Assembly (NCBI GenBank): GCA_903835385.1 | Contig: CAILMQ010000063.1 | Span: 5,234 to 69,233 of the forward strand | DNA: 64,000 nucleotides | Direction: 5' to 3' | Source of the DNA: an uncultured Candidatus Micrarchaeota archaeon | Lineage (GTDB): Archaea > Micrarchaeota > Micrarchaeia > Anstonellales > Bilamarchaeaceae | Part shown: positions 55,711 to 62,534 of the stretch, piece by piece | Numbering within the stretch: position 1 is the stretch's first letter | How the letters are laid out: the number at the start of each line of letters is the position of its first letter | The notes under the pieces: model-generated | Told to the model about the DNA's origin: nothing | Seen by the model: the letters and a program-made list of their open reading frames with translations, nothing else | The model's database searches: none | Program-made: the position numbers and the translations under genes

Positions 55711-56120
55711 CGTTCGAGGATTGCATCAGGAAAGGTTTGATCAGGAAATCCGAAAGCACGAAAGAAAAGATCGAACAGTCTCTCGCCCTTGGCGACAAGT
55801 TCCTCAAAGCCGCCGGGAAAAACCTCAAAATGGAAGAATACGAGGTTTCCGAAATCATATCCTACAATGCACTGTTTCATTATGCCCGGGCATTGCTTTT
55901 CCAAAAAGGGTATAACGAAAGAAGCCACGCCTGCCTTTTCCTGGCATTGAAGGAACTTTATCCGGACAACAAAGAGCTTTTCGACAAGGCTGATAAAATC
56001 AGGGCCGAGCGGCATAACCTTCAATATTCCGGACTGGCCACGGACCTGGAATCGGTTGAGTACGTGCTCGGATTCGTAAAGGAATTCAGGGTCAAGGCGG
56101 AAAAACTGCTGAAACGCTGA
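55707..56120 (+). CDS. HEPN-domain protein (partner of MNT)
   Basis: Overlaps the MNT stop by ATGA. All-helical, 137 aa, with an IRAERHNLQY motif of the R..R(N/H)...Y HEPN type. Confidence 0.7.
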   Translation: MTFEDCIRKGLIRKSESTKEKIEQSLALGDKFLKAAGKNLKMEEYEVSEIISYNALFHYARALLFQKGYNERSHACLFLALKELYPDNKELFDKADKIRAERHNLQYSGLATDLESVEYVLGFVKEFRVKAEKLLKR

Positions 56121-56163
56121 GGCTGGCCAGCCTAACCGACCGAACAGGCAGGCGTTATCGCCT

Positions 56164-56907
56164 TCAATCGGTCTCTATTCTCGGTGCAAGGTAGTACGTT
56201 ACCTGGGCTCCCTCTATTTCATACTGGAGCTTCATGGGCCTGTCGGTTTCCAGGTTCACGGTGACAATCGAGCTCCCGCTCGTCGCCTTTATCATGTCCT
56301 CCAGGTACTGGAGCGGGAAGGTCGCCCTCGCGCCCTTTTCTGTCACTATTTCAGAGACCTCGCCGCCGCCAGCCTCGAACTCCTCCTTCACGTCGCCGTT
56401 CTCGCCCCTCACTTCTATGAGGAACGTGTTCTTGTCCAGGAGCAGCTTGACATGGGAGCTGACGAGCTTCGCATCCTTGAGCGTCTCCTTGAGCGCTTCA
56501 GCGGTGACTTTCGCGTGGCTCGTGTACTCCATCTTGGGCTCGCGCGAGAGCCCCTCCCCTATTTCTATGAGCGGTATCTTGAATGTCCTCTTGCGCTTGT
56601 CCGCGAAGAACTTCACCACCAGCCTGCCGTCCTCCAGGCTGAGCTCGGCCTTCTCCCCCTTCTTGCCGCGTGCGAGCACGTTGCTGAGCTGGCCGATATC
56701 CAGGCCGATTTTCCTCTCCTCCGGCACGTTATACTCCACAAAGGCGCTTTTGGGCATGTGGAAGGACACCATGGAAATCTGCGACGGGTCCATTGCCCGC
56801 AGGTGCAGGCCATCCGCCTTAACCTCGAACTGGCCTTCTTCCACAAGGCTGACAATTGAATCAATGGCTGACTTTAGCGCAGGTGCCTCCTGTACAACGA
56901 GTTTCAT
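56164..56907 (-). CDS. pcn: DNA polymerase sliding clamp PCNA
   Basis: 247 aa. The typical archaeal PCNA N-terminus (..A..LK.AIDSIV.LVEEG.F.V..DGL.LRAMDPS.I.MV) and a two-domain repeat layout. Confidence 0.9.
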   Translation of the reverse strand: MKLVVQEAPALKSAIDSIVSLVEEGQFEVKADGLHLRAMDPSQISMVSFHMPKSAFVEYNVPEERKIGLDIGQLSNVLARGKKGEKAELSLEDGRLVVKFFADKRKRTFKIPLIEIGEGLSREPKMEYTSHAKVTAEALKETLKDAKLVSSHVKLLLDKNTFLIEVRGENGDVKEEFEAGGGEVSEIVTEKGARATFPLQYLEDMIKATSGSSIVTVNLETDRPMKLQYEIEGAQVTYYLAPRIETD

Positions 56908-56991
56908 AAAAAGACCTCCCGCTCATTTGGATGTTCGGTAGATAATAAAAAAGAATCGGGTGGCATGTGAAATCCAACCCATCACCCATCA

Positions 56992-56999
56992 TTTTAAAT
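56992..56999 (+). promoter_or_regulatory. TATA-box-like TTTTAAAT upstream of the HTH_10 regulator
   Basis: Ends 23 nt before the ATG at 57022. Confidence 0.35.
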
Positions 57000-57021
57000 C
57001 CCAGTCTGCGATTTCCCCCTT

Positions 57022-57762
57022 ATGGAAGGAAGAGAGGGCAAAAGGGTCGTGCGCTACACCCACCCGGTGCTCTTTGAAGTGGACATAAACCACCTCTGCT
57101 GGTTCGTTGACCTCACCGAGAGGAACCCGGATGCCAGGCTGGTTTCCACGCTGTCCACGGTCCATGGGAACACAATCATCAACATCGTCCAGCTTTCCTC
57201 CCCAACGCCGAAAAAGGACATAGACTTCATCAAAAGGCATCCGCTTGTCAAGGCCGTGGAAATAGTGATGCTCAACCCCTCGTCCGCGATGCTCAAAGTC
57301 ACGTCCAGCTACCAGGCTATGACGTATCACATCCTTCACCGGACGAACGTCACGCTCCTAGAATCCCCGGTCACCAGCAACGGCCTTGACACGGAACTCC
57401 TGCTCGCCAAGTCGCACAAGGACATGGACGAACTACTCAGCATGTGGAAGGAGCAGAAGGATTACTACGACGTGAAGCTGAAAAAGAAGCGCTACCTGGA
57501 GCCCGGGGAGTCGGCCACGTTCAACGTTTTCAGGACAAGCGGCTTCTTTGACCTCAAAAGCGCGAAGGGCATGCTCACCCCCAAGCAGTTGGAGGTGTTC
57601 CGGCTCGCCTGCGACTACGGCTATTACGACATGCCCAAGAGGATCACAATAGAGGAGCTCGCGGAGCGGACCGGCCTCTCCCCATCCACGCTCGCCGAGC
57701 ACCTCCGCAAGGCAGAGACCAGGCTGCTGCCCGTGCTCTGGAAAGTGCTGAACAAGATGTAG
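57022..57762 (+). CDS. Bat-type HTH_10 transcriptional regulator
   Basis: The C-terminal LTPKQLEVFRLACDYGYYDMPKRITIEELAERTGLSPSTLAEHLRKAETRLL is the bacterio-opsin-activator-type HTH_10 domain. Confidence 0.7.
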   Translation: MEGREGKRVVRYTHPVLFEVDINHLCWFVDLTERNPDARLVSTLSTVHGNTIINIVQLSSPTPKKDIDFIKRHPLVKAVEIVMLNPSSAMLKVTSSYQAMTYHILHRTNVTLLESPVTSNGLDTELLLAKSHKDMDELLSMWKEQKDYYDVKLKKKRYLEPGESATFNVFRTSGFFDLKSAKGMLTPKQLEVFRLACDYGYYDMPKRITIEELAERTGLSPSTLAEHLRKAETRLLPVLWKVLNKM

Positions 57763-57789
57763 CAAACCCGCTGCAGAGCGGCATCAGGG

Positions 57790-57797
57790 ATATATCC
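57790..57797 (+). promoter_or_regulatory. TATA-like ATATATCC upstream of the first array gene
   Basis: Lies 23-30 nt upstream of the ATG at 57820. A second AT block, TATAATTAT, abuts the ATG. Confidence 0.3.
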
Positions 57798-57819
57798 GAG
57801 TTATCAGCAGTATAATTAT

Positions 57820-58593
57820 ATGCAACCAGAGTTACAGGAAGCGCTGAGCAAGGGGTGGAAAAGCACCTGCAAATCAATCTTCGGCGAAGAAATCGGCGAG
57901 CTGGAGGAATACGCGGATTACCTGGGGGAGGCGGTGGTCGGGAGGACGGCGAAATCCTCCTTTTCGGGAAAAAGCCTCTGGGTGGCCTCCAGGAACCATT
58001 GCGAAGGCGCGAGGTTCTTCGACTTTACGGAGGAAAGCGCCCAGCTGGCGAAATTGAAGGGCTCGCTGGACATCAACCGCATAAAGGACATTGATTCGCT
58101 GCTTGAAGGGCTCAGGGAAACCCTGGTATACAGCGGCAACAAGGTGACCGGGAACTCGAAATTCGTGGAGCATTCCGACTCCGTGATAGACAGCATGCTC
58201 ATATTCAACTCCTCCATGGTCATCGGCGGCAAATGCCAGGCATATACCTACGTGCAGCAGTACGCCGAATACGCGTTCGGCTCAACCTCAAGCGGCCAGT
58301 CCGCGAACATCATAAGGTGCTTCTACAACAACAGCCTCAACCGGTGCTTCGAGGTGTGCGCCACGGTGAAGGCCTCGGACTCCCATTTTTCCTACAACAT
58401 CTGGAGCTGCAGCGACTGCATGTTCTCATTCAACCTCAGGAACAAGACGCACAACATAGCCAATGTCCAGCTGGGCAAGGAGCAGTACCACGGCCTCAAA
58501 TGCAAGCTGCTGGCTGAGATTTCCCAGGAGCTGAAGAGGAAAAAGCGGCTGGATTACTCCATACTGGACATAGCAAACGGGGCGGTCGCATGA
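57820..58593 (+). CDS. Cys-rich hexapeptide-periodic paralog, A-type module (A1)
   Basis: N-terminal LSKGWKSTCKSIFGEEIGELEEYADYL, mid INRIKDIDS, C-terminal CSDCMFSFNLRNKTHNIANVQL...Y..LK.KLLAEI. No signal peptide or TM helix. Confidence 0.75.
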   Translation: MQPELQEALSKGWKSTCKSIFGEEIGELEEYADYLGEAVVGRTAKSSFSGKSLWVASRNHCEGARFFDFTEESAQLAKLKGSLDINRIKDIDSLLEGLRETLVYSGNKVTGNSKFVEHSDSVIDSMLIFNSSMVIGGKCQAYTYVQQYAEYAFGSTSSGQSANIIRCFYNNSLNRCFEVCATVKASDSHFSYNIWSCSDCMFSFNLRNKTHNIANVQLGKEQYHGLKCKLLAEISQELKRKKRLDYSILDIANGAVA

Positions 58594-59399
58594 ACGAGGA
58601 GCTGGAAAAGGAGTTTCAGAACACCACGCGGCTGCTGGTTGGGAAGGAGTTGCACGGCCTGGACGACTATTCCGAATGGCTCGGCCAAAGGGTCCCGCTT
58701 CCAAGGGAAACCAAGTCCGCAATCAGCGGCAAGGAGGCCTGGGTCGGCCCGCCGCTAATCTATCTCGGAAAGGAGTTCAACCTCAGGAACGCCATCCTGC
58801 TGGAGGAGATGGACCAGGCGAACGAATCGCCTTTCACTGCCGAAGACGTTGCCAAGGCCTCGCTTAGGGGCATAATGGGGAAGCTCCTGAGCCCTGTCAG
58901 GTACCATATCGCGAACATGCGCTACCAGGCCCATGAAAACGTCTGGAAATGCAGCGGCGCCGGAGGGGGGAGGAACATCTACCATTGCGACGACGTGTAC
59001 CTGGACGTGAAGAACGTGGCATATTCCAACTACACCCTGTGGTCGCACAACGCGTTCGGGTGCCACGGGGTGACGAGTTCCGGCTTCGTGATGCACGCCT
59101 ACAACTGCTCCAGGCTGGCCCGCTGCTTCGAGGTTGACGGCTGCTCGGACTCCAGTGGCCTGCTGTTCTGCCACAACTGCGAGAACGTGCAGGACTCCAT
59201 GTTCTGCTTCAATGCCAAGAACCTGCGCTACGCCATAGGCAACCTGCAGGTTCCGCCGGACAGATACAAGGAGATAAAATCACGCGTTCTCGCTGAAATC
59301 GCCGCAGAGCTGGAGAAAAACAAGTGCCTGAAATGGGACATATTCAACATCGGGTGCAAGAGGGAAGCGCTATGGTATCGCAGGCTTACGACGCCCTGA
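58590..59399 (+). CDS. Cys-rich hexapeptide-periodic paralog, B-type module (B1)
   Basis: ATGA overlap with A1. N-terminal EKEFQNTTRLLVGKELHGLDDYSEWL, C-terminal RCFEVDGCSDS..LFCHNCENVQDSMFCFNAKNLRYAIGN...ELEKNKCLKWDIFNIG. Confidence 0.75.
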   Translation: MNEELEKEFQNTTRLLVGKELHGLDDYSEWLGQRVPLPRETKSAISGKEAWVGPPLIYLGKEFNLRNAILLEEMDQANESPFTAEDVAKASLRGIMGKLLSPVRYHIANMRYQAHENVWKCSGAGGGRNIYHCDDVYLDVKNVAYSNYTLWSHNAFGCHGVTSSGFVMHAYNCSRLARCFEVDGCSDSSGLLFCHNCENVQDSMFCFNAKNLRYAIGNLQVPPDRYKEIKSRVLAEIAAELEKNKCLKWDIFNIGCKREALWYRRLTTP

Positions 59400-60955
59400 A
59401 CCGCTCGTGGAAAAGCACCTGCAGGGTCCTGCTCGGCGATGAAATCGGCGAGCTTGCGAAGTACGAGCCCTGGCTTTCCGAGCACCGCGTGCCTTTGCTT
59501 AGGAAAAAATCAGCCCTCTCGCAAAAGGACATCTATTGCGCGACGACCGATTACGCGGACGGCGCGGAGTTCGTTTCCCTCGACGAGGTGGACTACGGCA
59601 AAAAGTTCCAGCCCCTGGGCATCAACGAGATAAAGGACATCGACTCCATTGTGGGGGCGGTCGGGGAGCGCTTCCGATACTGCGGGAACGTGGTTCTAGG
59701 GAATTCAAGCCACGTGGAAAACAGCTCAGACGTCCAGAACTCGTTCTATGTGCTCGGGTCCAACTTCATCTATGATTCCGAATACGTCGCCTATTCCTCC
59801 TATTGCCGCGGAAGCAAGCACCTTTTCGCGGTCATCAGCGACTACAGTTGCGACCACCTCATAAGGGTGTTCGAAACCCACAAGCAATCCCGCTGCCTTG
59901 AGGCGTGGAAATGCTACAATTCCAGCGACTGCTACTTCTGCTGCAGCGTGGAAGGCTCCCAGGACGCGATGTTCTCCTTCAACCAGAAGAACAAAAGGAA
60001 CGTTATCGGGAACATGGAGCTCCCCAGGGAGAGGTATTTGCAACTGAAGGAAAAGCTCGTCTCGGAAATAAGGGAGGAGCTGCTCAGGAACAAAAAACTT
60101 TTGTCCCTGATGGAAATCGTCTCCGCCAGCGCCAAACCCATGAAACTTCCGAAGCTGGAATCCAAAGTGCTTGGCGAGGATGGCGACAAGGCGCCCATTG
60201 AGGCGGCGTTCGGGAAAACCACGAACGTGGTGCTGGGAAAACCGCTCCATGACTTCGAATCCTACGGCCCATGGCTCAAACAGCACGTCCCCCCCGTGCT
60301 TGAGCGGCGCTCGGCCGCGACCGGGAAAAGAATGCACATTCCCGGCGTAACGCCCTGCACCCTTTTTCCGTCCGACCGCCTTGTGGATATGGACGAGTAC
60401 TGGCAGATAGGCGAGAGCACAAGGCTGGACGAGCCGGACATCAAGTCCCTGGACAGCATAAAGGAATCAGTCGGGAAGATCGCCTTCGCCAATCCGAACG
60501 GCACGCTGGGCGAATGCAGGAATATCATGCTCGTGCCCCTTTGCAACACCTCCATAAACTGTTACTGCTGCCCCATAGCCTCGTTCAACGAAGGCGCGGC
60601 GTTTTCGTACTGGCCAAGGACCTCCAAGTTCGTGTTCGGCTCGGCCCTGGCGTTCTCGTCCAGTTTCTGCATAAACAGCTATTACTCCGTGAACCTTTCC
60701 CGAACGTTCGAGGTGGACGGGTGCAACAACTGCTCGGACGCGTATTTCTGCCACAACTGCGAGAACGTGCAGGACTCCATGTTCTGCTTCAATGCCAAGA
60801 ACCTCAGGTTCGCAATCGGGAACTCGCAGATGCGGCCCGAGGAATACAAAAAGGCGAAAACCCTCATCTTGGGCCAGATTGCGGACGAGCTGGAGAAAAA
60901 CAAGAGCCTGAAATGGGATATATTCAACATAGGAGCCAGGACGGTGGGAACATGA
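59372..60955 (+). CDS. Fused A-type + B-type module protein (A2-B2)
   Basis: The ATG at 59372 gives MVSQAYDALNRSWKSTC..., the same N-terminus as A1/A3/A4. The A-type end (AMFSFNQKNKRNVIGN...EIREELLRNKKL) is joined by a linker to a B-type start at about 60197 (IEAAFGKTTNVVLGKPLHDFESYGPWL). The B-type end is CHNCENVQDSMFCFNAKNLRFAIGN...ELEKNKSLKWDIFNIG. Confidence 0.75.
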   Translation: MVSQAYDALNRSWKSTCRVLLGDEIGELAKYEPWLSEHRVPLLRKKSALSQKDIYCATTDYADGAEFVSLDEVDYGKKFQPLGINEIKDIDSIVGAVGERFRYCGNVVLGNSSHVENSSDVQNSFYVLGSNFIYDSEYVAYSSYCRGSKHLFAVISDYSCDHLIRVFETHKQSRCLEAWKCYNSSDCYFCCSVEGSQDAMFSFNQKNKRNVIGNMELPRERYLQLKEKLVSEIREELLRNKKLLSLMEIVSASAKPMKLPKLESKVLGEDGDKAPIEAAFGKTTNVVLGKPLHDFESYGPWLKQHVPPVLERRSAATGKRMHIPGVTPCTLFPSDRLVDMDEYWQIGESTRLDEPDIKSLDSIKESVGKIAFANPNGTLGECRNIMLVPLCNTSINCYCCPIASFNEGAAFSYWPRTSKFVFGSALAFSSSFCINSYYSVNLSRTFEVDGCNNCSDAYFCHNCENVQDSMFCFNAKNLRFAIGNSQMRPEEYKKAKTLILGQIADELEKNKSLKWDIFNIGARTVGT

Positions 60956-61752
60956 CGGACACGGCCTCTGGAACGGATGACAGCGTCCTGTACGCGGCGC
61001 TGGACAAGGCGTGGAAATCCACGTGCAAGGCGGTCCTGAAAGGCGAAATCGGGGACCTGAAAGACTACAGGGAATACCTGAAAAAATACACCGACCCTGT
61101 GGAATACAGGCGCTCCTTCATTTCAGGGAAAGAGGTGTCCATATCCTCCAGCCGCTTCAACAGCAATGCGCGCTTCCTGGACAACAACGAGGCCGCGGAA
61201 TACAACAGCAGGCTCGCTGCCATGCCCCTGGGCATAAACAGCATAAAGGACATGGACTCCGTTGCGGAGGCGATTTCCGAGAGGGCGTGCTATGCAGGCA
61301 ACATCGTTCTGGGCAATTCCGCGCACGTCGCACGGTCCCACCGCGTGGTGAACACTAACTACGCGCTGGAATGCCAGGACATCTATGACGGGAAATACGT
61401 CGCCTACGCCTCATCCATGCGCTACCCCGAGTATTTCTTCGGAGGCGGGGTGGGGAGCGTGTCCCAGTTCTGCATAAAGACGCAGGAGAACTACAAGATG
61501 GCCAGGTGCATGGAGACCATACACATGAATATCACGTCCGACTGCTATTTCTGCGCCAGTCTGGAGAACTGCAGCGACTGCATGTTCTCCTTCAACCAGA
61601 AGCACAAGCGTTTCCTGATAGGCAACCTCCAGCTGCAGAAGGACGATTATGCCGCGCTCAAGGACAAGCTTCTCGCCGAGATACGCGAGACGCTGCAACG
61701 GGACAAATCCGTCATCTCCATAGCTGAAATCATAGGTGGTCAGCGTGGATGA
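60952..61752 (+). CDS. Cys-rich hexapeptide-periodic paralog, A-type module (A3)
   Basis: ATGA overlap with A2-B2. LYAALDKAWKSTCKAVLKGEIGDLKDYREYL, GINSIKDMDS, SDCYFCASLENCSDCMFSFNQKHKRFLIGNLQL. Confidence 0.75.
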   Translation: MTDTASGTDDSVLYAALDKAWKSTCKAVLKGEIGDLKDYREYLKKYTDPVEYRRSFISGKEVSISSSRFNSNARFLDNNEAAEYNSRLAAMPLGINSIKDMDSVAEAISERACYAGNIVLGNSAHVARSHRVVNTNYALECQDIYDGKYVAYASSMRYPEYFFGGGVGSVSQFCIKTQENYKMARCMETIHMNITSDCYFCASLENCSDCMFSFNQKHKRFLIGNLQLQKDDYAALKDKLLAEIRETLQRDKSVISIAEIIGGQRG

Positions 61753-62524
61753 GTACGAAAAGGCGTTCCAGTCAATCGCCTCGGTCGTGCTGGGAAGGAA
61801 GCTCGCAGGATACCGCGATTACGAGGTATGGCTCACCAGGGGCATAAATGGCATGACCGAGGTCCGGTCTGCCATGAGCGGAAAGCGGACGTACCTGCCG
61901 CTGTTTTCCTTTTACGATGCAATACGCCATAGGCTGCTGACCGAGGACGAGGCCTATGGGACGGCTGGAAAGAGGCACCTGTCCGAAGAGGAGGTGCGCG
62001 GCCTGTCCCTGGCGAACGCAACTCAGGCGCTGAAGGGCATCTCAATCACCACCTCCGAGACGTCCATGGGCACATGCAGCCGCATCAAGGAATGCGGGGT
62101 GTATTTCGATTCCTCGGCGTGCTTCAGGAGCAGCCTCGTGGCCATGAGCAAGTATGCGATTTACACCTTCTGGCCCAGGAATTCGGAATACGTCCTGGGG
62201 TGCAATTACGTCTTCTCGTGCAGCTTCTGCGCCAGGTGCTTCAATTCCGAGAACCTGGCCCGCTGCTTCGAGGTCAGCGATTCAGCCAACTGCAGCGACT
62301 GCTATTTCTGCTACAACTGCGACAGCCTACAGGACTGCATGTTCTGCTTCAATGCCAAGGCCAAGAAATACGCCATAGGCAACGTGCAGCTGCCGCCCGA
62401 GCAATACCGGAAGATAAAGGGATTGCTTCTGGCCCAGATGGCGGACGAGCTGGAGAAAAACAAGAGCCTGAAATGGGGCGTATTCAGCATCGGAGCGCCG
62501 CAGCCAGGGAAGCGGCCGGAATAA
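61736..62524 (+). CDS. Cys-rich hexapeptide-periodic paralog, B-type module (B3); GTG start
   Basis: There is no in-frame ATG near the A3 stop; GTG candidates are at 61736 and 61745. YEKAFQSIASVVLGRKLAGYRDYEVWL start and RCFEVSDSANCSDCYFCYNCDSLQDCMFCFNAKAKKYAIGN...ELEKNKSLKWGVFSIG end. Confidence 0.7.
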   Translation: MVSVDEYEKAFQSIASVVLGRKLAGYRDYEVWLTRGINGMTEVRSAMSGKRTYLPLFSFYDAIRHRLLTEDEAYGTAGKRHLSEEEVRGLSLANATQALKGISITTSETSMGTCSRIKECGVYFDSSACFRSSLVAMSKYAIYTFWPRNSEYVLGCNYVFSCSFCARCFNSENLARCFEVSDSANCSDCYFCYNCDSLQDCMFCFNAKAKKYAIGNVQLPPEQYRKIKGLLLAQMADELEKNKSLKWGVFSIGAPQPGKRPE

Positions 62525-62534
62525 GGGGCAGGAC

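Noticed and set aside
59324-59371. The upstream extension of the A2-B2 ORF (MPEMGHIQHRVQEGSA)
   Set aside because: It lies inside the B1 coding end. Starting at ATG 59372 reproduces the conserved A-type N-terminus. The same logic applies to 60514..60951, which precedes the A3 start at 60952.
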